Source of the DNA: Mobula hypostoma
Lineage: Eukaryota
Assembly: GCF_963921235.1 (NCBI RefSeq)
Contig: NC_086097.1
Coordinates: forward strand, 29,824,001-29,888,000
Direction of reading: 5' to 3'
DNA: 64,000 nt
The notes under the pieces are model-generated. The model did not search any database. It was not told the origin of the DNA and worked only from the letters and a program-made list of their open reading frames with translations. The position numbers and the translations under genes are program-made. Below, piece by piece: positions 11,854 through 23,104 of this stretch. Each line of letters starts with the position of its first letter. Position 1 is the first letter of the stretch.

Positions 11854-12683
11854 GTTCGCTTAGCTGAGGGAAAGGAACTGCTGACAAACTGCAGGAAAGG
11901 ACAGTAAAAACAACGGATCGGGATGTAACTCTGGAGCATGCACTTTGCTCTGCCCTGTAGCTTCTCACAGCTGATAGCCTGATATCGTTAGGTTGGGCAA
12001 TCTTCAAACAGCTTTGTCTGCCAAATTCTATGGCTCAATGCAAACAGGACTTAGCACAACAGGGGAAAAAAAAATCTGCTGAATTGATAAGTTTTAAAAT
12101 ATCAATCAAAGTCAAAGTTGAGTTGTCAAGTCAAAGTCAAAGGGCTTTGTGGCCAGGTGGCATAGACATGAGCGTAGTGCTTTACAGAGCTGGGGTTCAA
12201 TTCTCGCCACTGCCTGTAAGGGGTTGGCACATTCACCCCGTGATTGTATGGGATTTGTGTCTTGTTGATTAGTTCTGAGGGTGTGATGGAGTTAAACACT
12301 GAGCTGTAATCAATAAACAGCTCCTGATGTAGGCATTGCTACTGTTCAGGAGATCCAAAGACAAGTGGAGAGCCAATGAGATTGCGTCTGCTGTAGTAGC
12401 AGGGCCCGGTCCTTTGCTCAAGCAGGAACTAATTCTAGCCGTGACCGACTTCCTCAGTACATTTCATCACTGTAGATGTTGGTGGCGTCAGCTGATCGTC
12501 ATTGAGGTGGCTCACACAGCTCTTCTTGGGCACCAGTGTGACTTGTATGAAAGTAAACCTCGTCCCTTCCCACCATCCTGTGACCCAAACAGCCCTTCCA
12601 GCCGAGGCAGATTGTCAGCGATTCCAGCATCTGTGCTAACGAATGATTGCTATTGCCAAAAGTTCGAGCTAGTAAAACCATAA

Positions 12684-13462
12684 GTTATAGGAGCAGAATT
12701 AGGCCATTTGGCCCATCGAGTCTGCTCCACCATTCCATCATGGCTGATTTATTATCCCTCTGAACCCCATTCTCCCACTTTCTCCCTGTAACCTTAATAA
12801 TCAAGAACCTGTCAACCTTCATTTTAACTAAACCCAATGACTTAGCTTCCTCAGCCATCTGTGGTAATGAATTGCACAGATTCACCACCCTCTGGCTAAA
12901 GAAATTCCTCCTGACCTCTATTCTAAAGGGATGTACCTATATTCTGTGGCTGTGCCCTCTGGTCCTAAACTCCCCCACTATAGGAAATATCCTCTCCATG
13001 TCCACTCTATATTCAAAGGGTTTCAATGAGGTCCGCCACTTATTCTTCTAAACTCCAGTGAGTAAAGGCCATCAAATGCTTCACGTATATTAACCCTTTC
13101 ATTCTTGGAATCATTCATATGAACCTCCTTGGGTCCCTGTCCAATGCCTGCACATCCTTTCTCAGATAAGGGGCACAAAACCGCTCACAATATTCTAAAT
13201 GCGGTCTGAAACCAATGCCTAATTATCCCTCAGCATCACATCCTTGCTTTTATATTCTAGTCCTCTCGAAATAAGTGCTAACGTTGAATTTAACTTCCTT
13301 ACTACTGACTCAACCTGCAAGTTAATCTTCAGGGAATCCTGCACGGAAACTCCTAAGTCCTTTTGCACCTCTGATTTCTGAATTTGTTCCCCGTTTAGAA
13401 AATAGCCTATGCCTTTATTTCTTCTACCATAGAGTATGACCATACACTTTCCAACATTGTAT
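12684..13462 (-). mobile_element. CR1-type LINE 3' fragment
   Basis: ORF 13219-13512 KYNVGKCMV...[14 protein letters not shown] and CR1 3' UTR. Confidence 0.85.
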
Positions 13463-13965
13463 TTGTAATTCAAATTTTTATTGTTATTTATTTTTATCTT
13501 ACAAAGCAGCACGGCATATCACAGAGCAGATAGTGTAGAGCATATTTACACAGCCATCCCATGACAGGAAAACAAGTAAAACTTAGAAACAGAAAGAAGT
13601 TCTAATTTAAGTTTAAATTAACATACAACCAAAATTGATCCCACGCATCTTGCACTTTTCCCTCACTGTTAATTCTTCCCAACATGTGTTCATATGATGA
13701 AATCTTAATCATTTCCTCAGTCCATTCCTTCACATCTGGGTTTTTTCCAGTTTTGCAATATAATTCTTGCAACTGTGATAAGACCCACCTTTAAAATAGT
13801 AAATTTGTCATTGTTTACATTAGGTATCATTGTCCTATCACCCAAGAGATGATCTGCCTATCTTTTGTATTCAAAATGGAAAGTCAATTCAACAAAAACC
13901 TTGTGGAAATGAGAAAGGCGCTTCCGAAACGCCAATGCAGAAAGACCCACCCTTGATTTCAGCTA
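13463..13965 (-). mobile_element. L1/Tx1-type LINE 3' end fragment
   Basis: Minus strand encodes ...ARIILQNWKKP..KEWTEEMIKISSYEHM..WDQFW (L1-like ORF2 C-terminus) followed by AATAAA. A near-identical copy lies at 19936-20277. Confidence 0.6.
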
Positions 13966-14004
13966 AGAGCTTAATTGGATAGTCTAATTGGAAGAGTTTA
14001 ATTG

Positions 14005-14850
14005 GAATCGCTCCCTACGAGACTCCCTTGTCCGTTCATTTCTTCCTCCTGCCACTTATCCTTGCAATTGGAACAAGTGCTACACCTGCCGCTACTCCTC
14101 CTCCCTCACTGTCATTCAGGGCCCTAAACATTCCTTCCAGGTGAGGCAACACTTCACCTGTGAGTCTGTTGTGGTCATATATTGTGTTTAGTGCTTCCAG
14201 TGTGTCCTCCTGTACATCAGCGAGACCTGATATAGATTAGGAGACCGCTTCGCCGAGCATCCCAGAAAAGGCGGGATCTCCCAGTAGCCACCCATTTTAA
14301 TTCCACTTCCCGTTCCCATTCTGATATATCAATCCATGGCCTCCTCTACTGTTGCAATGAAGTCACACTCAGGTTGGAGGAACAACACCTTATATCCTGT
14401 CTGGGTAGCCTCCAACCTAATGGCATGAACATCGATTACTCAAACCTCTGGTAATAATCCTAACTGCCCCCCCCCCCACCCCTACACCATTCCCCATTCC
14501 CTTTTCCTTCTCTCACCTTATCTCCTTGTCTGCTCATTGCCTCCCTCTGGTGCTCGTCCCCCTTTTCTTTGTTCCATGGCCTTCTGTCCTCTCCTATCAG
14601 GTTCCTCCTTGTCCAGCTCTTGATCTCTTTCACCAATCTCTTGGTGAAAGCTCTGTACTTCACCTCCCCTTCCTGGTTTTACCTATCACCTTGTGTTTGC
14701 CCTTGTCCTTCCCCCACCTTTTAAATCTACTCCTCATCTTTTTTTCTTTGGTCCTATTAAAGGGTCTCGGCCCGAAATGTCAACTGTTCACTCTTTTCCA
14801 TAGATGCTGCCTGGCCTGCTGAGTTCCTCCAGCATTTTGTGTGTGTTTCT
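14005..14850 (+). mobile_element. Penelope-like element remnant with GIY-YIG endonuclease pseudogene
   Basis: Degenerate VVIYCV*C..C.LLYISET..RLGDRFAEH...RLEEQHL..LGSLQPNGMNID, then a pyrimidine-rich tract and a degenerate hammerhead near 14750-14787. Confidence 0.8.
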
Positions 14851-15034
14851 TGGATAGTTGGTATTGGTTTGCTTAATGCTGACTTCATTGCAAGGAAAGT
14901 GAGAGATATAATTCATCATTTAAATAATTAAAAAACTGTGATAACTATATCACCCTACACAATTGACAGCCCTCAGAGAAAGTGCTATTGATAAAACATT
15001 TGAGTACAGAATAATTCTAATTTTAAACACAGTA

Positions 15035-15245
15035 TATTCTGCAGGGGCTGGAAAGCTTGAGCAACAGACACTAAATGCTGGAGGAATTCAGCAAGTCAGG
15101 CAGCATCTATGGAGGGGAATAAACTGATGACATTTTGCACTGAGACCCTTCATCAGGACTGGGCTAGTCTTGATGAAGGGTCTCAGCCTGAAACATTGAC
15201 TGTTTATTCCCTTCCATAGACGCTGTCTGACCACTTTGTGTGTGA
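15035..15245. mobile_element. Fold-back (head-to-head) pair of Penelope pseudo-LTR fragments
   Basis: 15141-15160 and 15166-15185 are reverse complements at 19/20 positions. The flanking arms continue as imperfect inverted repeats. Confidence 0.7.
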
Positions 15246-15291
15246 TCCTAATTTTAAAGCTTTCTCTGGGGGGACTGTTAATGTAAAAAAC

Positions 15292-16037
<746 letters not shown>

Positions 16038-16399
16038 AAAGTTGCCATTTCGATGACTTTGAACAGAATTCCATGGAAATAAGTTCTCTTTATTGGTAAC
16101 AAAATTGTTTCAGTGATATTCTTATTTGCCTTAGGTTACATCAGGAGAAGTTGTTCATTTACAGTCAAAAGGTTCAAAGTAAATTTCTAATGAAAGTACA
16201 CATATGTCACCATATGCAAGCCTGAGATTCATTTTCTTGTGGGTATACTTAATGAATCCAAAATAGAATAATAACCATAATAGAATCAATTAAAAACCAC
16301 ACCAACTGGGCGTTTAACTAATGTGCACAGGACAAGAAACTGTGAAAATACAATAAGAAAGAAATAATAATAATTATAATAAATAATAGCATACTGCTA

Positions 16400-16640
16400 T
16401 TAAACATCAGCGATCAGCAACTGAAGTTCAATTCCCACTGCTCCCTGTAAGGAGATTGTACGTTCTCCCCGTGACTGCGTGTGTTTCCTCCGGGTGCGCT
16501 GGTTTCCTCCCGCATTCCAAAGATGTACCAGCTAGTAAGGATTAGTAAGGGAATAAGGGTTAGTAAGGAAGTAAGGATTAGTTAGTTGAGGATTTTCTAT
16601 GTTGGTGTCACTTGCAGGCTGTGCCCAGCATGTCCTCAAA
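16400..16640 (+). mobile_element. tRNA-derived V-SINE-like element
   Basis: B-box-like GTTCAATTCCC and the central domain GTGTTTCCTCCGGGTGCGCTGGTTTCCTCCCGCATTCCAAAGA. Confidence 0.7.
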
Positions 16641-16641
16641 C

Positions 16642-17097
16642 CAGAGATGAGGGGGTTAGACTATGAGGAGAGATTAAGTCACCTGGGATTGTACTTGCTG
16701 GAATTCAGAAGGTTGAGAGATCTTAAAGAAACATACAAAATTAAGAAATGGGGAAGATAAGATAGGGGCAGGAAAGTTGTTTCCACTGGTAGGTGAGACT
16801 AGAACTAGGGGACATAGCTTCAAGATTCGGGGAGTAAATTCAGGATGGAGATGTGGAGGAACTTCATTTCCCAGAGAGTGGTGAATCTGTGGAATTCTTA
16901 GCCCAATGAAGCAGTAAATGTAGTTACGACAAGGTTGGATAGATTTTTGCATAGTAGGGGAATTAAGGGTTATGTTGGAAAGGCAGGTAGGTGGAAATGA
17001 GTCCATAGTCAGATCAGCCATGATCTTATTGAATGACAGAGCAGGCTCGACAGGTGAGGTCGCCTACTCTTGCCCCTATTTCTTATGTTCTTATGGT
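16642..17097 (+). mobile_element. CR1-type LINE 3' fragment
   Basis: Matches the 3' end of the other CR1 copies. Confidence 0.8.
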
Positions 17098-17373
17098 GAA
17101 ACAAACAATGCATTTCACTCTATGTTTTGGTGTTTTGATGTACATGTGACAAATAAAGATAAAGGAAAGGAAAGGTACGTCTCATCTGGAGTTCCTCCGG
17201 TTAATGGACGATTTCCCTCCACGCCTCTTTGAGGTAGTGGGGAACTGCGTACAAGGCAAGTCACAGCGGTGGTTTGCCGTTGCCTGCTGCCGGGTGAGTT
17301 TCCAAAGAGATCATCAGAGTTAACACTTCATGTCAAAAAGCTGGCACTATAATGCCCGGATGGTCTTGCACTA

Positions 17374-18360
17374 TCAAAGAGAAAGTCCTGGTGACTCCTT
17401 GGGGTAACCTTTCTGACACCTCAACCAACTGCACAGTCTCAGTAGCCTGTTTCTCGCAGACACATGTAGCTGAAGAATGTCATACCTGGCTGTGTCATTC
17501 AGCCAGCAGTAGAGGATGGGGTCAGCGGCACAGTTCATGCCAGTCAGAGCAAAGAAGACTTTATAAAAGGGGTAAATACTCTGGGCAAAGCGGCAGTTGC
17601 CTGGTTCCGCAAGGCTGCGGGCAAGCAAGGTGACATGGTACGGACCAAAGCTGATAATGTAGACTAGAAGCAATAGTAAAAGGAGCCTTGCCAATTTCCT
17701 TTTCTCCTTGTCCTCGACAGAAGTGCTGTTTGCCACCATCCTGTAGATACGTTGGGAACTAAAGAGGAAGATGGATAGGGGGAAGAAGAAACCAAACACA
17801 ATGCGGGTGATGTTCTCGGTGAACAGGGCGGCATTCATCGGGGGCGGCTCTTTATACACCGAGGAACTGAAGTTGGAAAACAGAGCTAGCCTGTGGAGCA
17901 ACAGAGCGTGGCAGGTTAACTGGGTGACCCAGCAGATGGCACATACCACCACAGCTGCCCGTATTGTCCGCAGCTCATAAAACCTGAGTGGGTAGACAAT
18001 GGCCAGGTAACGATCCGCGGCAATGCAGCAGAGGAAGGCAGGGCTCAGGTACATGGAACTGTAAGTCAGCACTATTAGCACGTTGTACAGGAGCACGTCG
18101 CTGCTCTGGTTAAGGCAATCATAGAACCAGAAAGGGATCGTGATTGTGTACAGGATGTCCATGGAACTCAAGTTCAGGAGGTAAACACCAATCTCGTTGT
18201 CGCGTTTCACATGGAGGCACGCCACGTAGATGGACAGACAGTTCCCGGGCAGGCTGATGAAGAACGAGGCAGCGTAGAGGAAGAGGATCAGGGATTGTCC
18301 CTCTCTGATGCCTATGGTGCAATTGGAACCGGAACCCCCTTGTGTCAGGTTGTCTGCCAT
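17374..18360 (-). CDS. Class A GPCR, proton-sensing receptor group (GPR4/GPR65/GPR68/GPR132-like), 328 aa, whole CDS in one exon
   Basis: Seven hydrophobic segments. Motifs LPGN (TM1), NEIGVYLLNLS..D (TM2), ADRYLAIVYP (TM3), FGPYH (TM6), NCAADPILY (TM7). N-glycosylation sequons NLT/NCT. An acceptor AG lies just upstream at 18390-18389. Confidence 0.93.
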   Translation of the reverse strand: MADNLTQGGSGSNCTIGIREGQSLILFLYAASFFISLPGNCLSIYVACLHVKRDNEIGVYLLNLSSMDILYTITIPFWFYDCLNQSSDVLLYNVLIVLTYSSMYLSPAFLCCIAADRYLAIVYPLRFYELRTIRAAVVVCAICWVTQLTCHALLLHRLALFSNFSSSVYKEPPPMNAALFTENITRIVFGFFFPLSIFLFSSQRIYRMVANSTSVEDKEKRKLARLLLLLLLVYIISFGPYHVTLLARSLAEPGNCRFAQSIYPFYKVFFALTGMNCAADPILYCWLNDTARYDILQLHVSARNRLLRLCSWLRCQKGYPKESPGLSL

Positions 18361-18399
18361 TGCGACACTTCAAAGATCAAAGCAACATCTGGAGGGGTT

Positions 18400-18665
18400 A
18401 AAGATTAAAGATTAGCTTCAATTGTCAACTGTCCATTGAAACATAGACTGAAATGTGTTATTTGTGTCAATGATCGACCCCAGTTCAAGGATTTGCGGGG
18501 GCAGCCCGCAAGTGCTGCCATGCTTCTGGTGCCAACATGCCATGTCTATAACGTACTAACCCTAACCCATACCTCTTCCGAGTGTAGGAGGAAACCCATA
18601 TGGGGATGGGGAGAATGTGCAAACTCCTTACAGAGAACAGCAGAAAACCTGCATCGCCCGTGAAT
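18400..18665 (-). mobile_element. tRNA-derived V-SINE-like element
   Basis: Reverse complement of the SINE family seen at 16400 and 54000, with (AATCTTT)n tail. Confidence 0.65.
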
Positions 18666-19935
18666 CTGAGCACCAAGTGAACCTCGACTGAACACACACC
18701 AAAGCCTCCATGTTCTTTGTTTACGAAAAACCTCCACATTCTTTCTATGATCTGGAGACCAGAAATCCATACAATACTCCAGATATGCTCTACACAAAGT
18801 TTTAAGTAGCTGCAACATGACTTTTTGACTTCTATACTCAATGGCCCAACTGATGAAAGTAAGAATTTTGAATACCATCTTGTCTGGCCATCTAGTTGTA
18901 ATAGCATTAGGCTGATCACTACGCTGCCATGCTGTTCTTGCACTTAATTGTTTACTTTTTCAGTAGCTTTTACACCTGTACTCTGCATTGTTATTGCTTT
19001 ATCTTTTTGTAGCTTAACGCACTGTGCGAAACATAACCTAAAACATTACGACAAAGTACAGCCCTTTCAACCAACAATGTTGTGCCGATACTTTAATCCA
19101 CTCTAACATCAATCCAACCCTTCCCTATTACATAGCCCTCCAATCTTCTATCATCCATATGCCTATCTAAGAGTCTCTTAAATGCCCCTAATGTATCTGC
19201 CTCCACCACCACCCCTGGCAGCACGTTCCATGCACCCACCACTCTCTGTGTAAAGAACGTACTTCTGACTGTGACAATAATAATGCAAAAGAAAACCAAA
19301 ACCATTACTACTGCCGTAGGGTCTTTGTACACCGTTGCACTTTCACTCTAAACTTGCCTCTCAGTGTCCTTCTTGGCAGCCCACTGAACAATGCCAATGG
19401 TGAAATCGATCCTTGACAGAACAATCCCAAGGTTCTAATCTCTCTCATGTACGACATAACAAGGTACAGCATAGCAGCAGGGACTTCAGCCATCAGCCCA
19501 TCCCAATGCAATCTGCCTGCACATATATCTGTTCAAATACCTCTGAAACATTGTACCTGCTTCTGCCATCTCCCCAGGCAGTGCATTCCAGGCATCAACA
19601 AACAGAGCCGTAGAGCACCACAGAACAGAAGCAGGTTGTTTGGCCATCTAGACTGTGCCGAACACCTGTTCTATCTAGTTCCATCCGCTGTAGCCCTCCA
19701 TAGCCCTCCCAGCCACGTACTCGTACAAACTGCTCTTAAAGGTTGCAATCAAACTCGCATCACACTGCTAGCAGCTCATTCCACAGTCTCACCACCCTCT
19801 GAGTAAAGAAGCTCCCATCTCATATTCCCCTTAAGTATTCCACCTTTCACCCTTAACCTATGACCCCTAGTTCTCGTCTCGCCCAGCCCTAGTGGAAAAA
19901 GCCTGCTTGCATTTACCCAATCTACACCACTGGTA

Positions 19936-20277
19936 TTTTTTTTTGTAATTCAAATTTTTATTCTTATTTATTCTTATTTTACAAAGCAGCACAGCATATC
20001 ACAGAGCAGATAGAGTACAGCATATTTACAAAGCTATCCCATGACCGGAAAACAAGTAAAACTTAGAGACAGAAAGAAGTTCTAATTTAAGTTTAAATTA
20101 ACATACAATCAAAATTGATCCCTTGCGTCTTGCACTTTTCCCTCACTGTTAGTTCTTCCCAACATGTGTTCATATGATGAAATCTTAATCATTTCCTCAG
20201 TCCATTCCTTCATAGTGGGACATCTGGGTTTTTTCCAGTTTTACAATATAATTCTTGCAACTGTGATGAGACCCACC
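19936..20277 (-). mobile_element. L1/Tx1-type LINE 3' end with poly(A) tail, inserted in a CR1 fragment
   Basis: T-run at 19936-19944, near identity to 13463-13790, and ACCACT on both flanks as a possible TSD. Confidence 0.6.
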
Positions 20278-21659
20278 ACCACTCATAATTTTGTATATCT
20301 CTATCACATCTCCCCTCATTCTCTTATGTTCCAGGAAATAAAATCCTAACCTGAAAAAGGATCTCGTTCTTACTAAAAATAGTCTGAACTTATTCAACCT
20401 TTCCCTATAATCCAGATCCTCAATTCCTGGCAGCACTCTTGTAAATTTTCACTGTACTCTTTCAATCGTACTGATGTCTTTCTTGCAGGTAATTGACCAG
20501 AACTGCACACAATACTCCAAGATAGGCCCCCCCAATGTCTTATACAACTTGCCCCATAAATCTCCTTTAAACTTTCCCTCTCACAAATTAAAACAATGCA
20601 CTCTAGTATTTGACATTTCCGCTCTGGGAAAGACTCTAACTGTCTACCCTAATTCTGTCACTCATAATTTTGTTGGCTTCTGTCAGGTCACCTCCAGACT
20701 CCAGTGTTGCAGAGAAATCAACCCCAGGTTTGTCCACTCTCTCCTTTTAGTACATGCTCTTGAATCCAGATGAGTCTGGAGGCAGAGATCCAAAGGTTGA
20801 AGCCCCTGGGTCTGCTTGTCCAGAAGTTAGAGGCACTATAGCTGTGAGTCTGGGCCAGGGACAGGAGATGGGAGACCCATTGCCTGCAAGCCCGTCAGTC
20901 TAGGGCCAAGGATCAGAGGCCCAGAGGGGGGCTGGCCTGGGGTTGTAGTGTGGTGGTGTGTGAGGGGGATGGTGGAAAATTGGCTTGTCTTGCTTTTGTT
21001 TTGTTTTGTTGCTGTCGTCGTTGCTTGTATTGTTGGGTGGGCATGCTCTGTGGTTCACATGCGGCCTGCCCCGCCGCAAGATTAGGCTGTGTTGGTTGTA
21101 CACACAAACGACGTATCTCAATGGATGTTTGGATGTATATGAGAAAAATAAATGCGAATCTCAACATCTAGTGAACCGAACACACTCCAAAGCCTCCACA
21201 TTCTTTCTATAATCTGGTGACCAGAAATCCATACAATACTCCAGATAAGTCCTACACAAAGTTTTAAATAGCTGCAACGTAACTTTTTGACTTCTATATG
21301 TCTGATGAAAGTAAGAATGCTGAATACCATCTTTACTACCCTATCCACTTGTATTGCCATTTCTAGGGAGCTGTTGATTTGCAGCCCCAAGGTCCCTCCG
21401 CACATTAATGCTCCTTTGCAGTTCTTCTGGTAACTGTATACTTCCCCCTCAGGTCTGACCTCCCAAAGTGTAACCCCCACACTTGTTTGGGTTAAAACTG
21501 TTTACACAGAGAGGGGTGGGTACGTGGAACACACTGCCAGTGTGGTGGTAAAGGCAAATACATTTGGGACACTTAAGATACTCTTAGCTAAGCACATGGA
21601 AGATAGGAAAATGGGGGCTATGTGGGAGGATGAGATTGATCTCAGAGCTCAACATCGGT

Positions 21660-22212
21660 ACTCAGTACATCTCAGACGGTTGAGGAAGTTTGGCACGAGT
21701 CCCCAATTCCTAAGAACTTTCTACAGGAGCACAATTGAGAGCGTCCTGACTGGCTGCATCACTGCCTGGTATGGGAACTGTACCTCCCTTAATCGCAGGA
21801 CTGTGCAGAGAGTGGTATGGACAGCCCAGCGCATCTGTAGGTGTGAACTCCCACTATTCAGGACATTTATAGAGACAGGTGCGTAAAAAGGGCCTGAAGG
21901 ATCATTGGGGACCCGACTCACCCCAACCACAAATTGTTCCAGCTGCTCCCGTCTGGGAAATGATATTGCGGCATTAAAGCCTGGACCTACAGGCTCGGGG
22001 CCAGCTTCTTCAACCAGGCCAACAGACTGATTAATTCACACTGATACAATCGTATTTCTATGTTATATTGACTGTCCTGTTGTACATACTATTTATTGCA
22101 AATTACTATGAATTGCATGTTGCATATTCAGACGGAGATGTAACGTAAAGAATTTTACTCCCCATGTATGTGAAAGATTTAAGAAATAAAGTAAAACTCA
22201 ATTCAATTCAAT
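21660..22212 (+). mobile_element. Rex/Babar-type LINE 3' fragment
   Basis: HLRRLRKFG...FYRSTIESVLTGCITAWYGNC, with (ATTCA)n tail. Confidence 0.8.
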
Positions 22213-23104
22213 ATTGTTTCTGCCATTTCCCCGCCCATATCTTCAACTGATCTATCTCCTACTGCATCCTTTGACAATCTTCCTTAATATCCACAGCTCC
22301 ACAATTTTAGCTCCACAAAATTTAGTAATCTCCCTGAATGCACTTTTATCCAAATAATTGTTATATATCATGAACAGCAGAGATCCCAGCTCCTAACCCT
22401 GTGGAACATAAACACCACCAGTCATGGACCTCAGTGAAGAGAGGACTGTTTCCCCGTACCTGAATAATGAAGACAGCCAATCCCTGTGTCAGTGAAACAC
22501 CTCCAGAAGGAACCTACCAGAGTGGTGCAAGCTTTTCCTTCATAGTTCTCTCTGGTGATGCTCTGGAGGTCTGTAATCCTATGTTTCAGATGAATGTATA
22601 AACAAACACTCCTCACACTGCACAGTTAAATAGAAGCAAATCACGTGGCACAAAGGGAAATTAAATTGATTTAAATCTAAAATTGACCGCGAGATATTTG
22701 TCTGCAGTATGACCAGGTGTGCACAAAAAGGTAGGGGACAATAAAGAGCACATTGTGCGAGGCAGAGATAATTTCATTGCCAAAGTATTCATTGTTACAA
22801 TGAAACTACTGAACAAAACAAGCCAACATGCTTTCAGATGGAATGGATTTTTGAGTTATACTGATTTCTTAACAACAGAAACATAAAACATGGAGCAGTA
22901 CAGATAGAAACAGGCCCTTCAGCCCACAATATTGTGCTGAACTAATTAAACACTTCACTGAACTACTCAACTTCTGCCTCATCAATGTCTATATCTCGTT
23001 ATTCTCTGCACATTGAGAGCTTCAATGATTACCACAGTATACAACTCTGAAATTCTTAAACTCTCCGGGTAGCCATGAAACCAAGAAAGAAAAGAAAAGC
23101 AGCA

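Noticed and set aside
12150..12260. A/B-box-like sequences as tRNA genes (also near 16420, 42790, 51560, 54000)
   Set aside because: No cloverleaf, and they run into the SINE core, so they are SINE heads.
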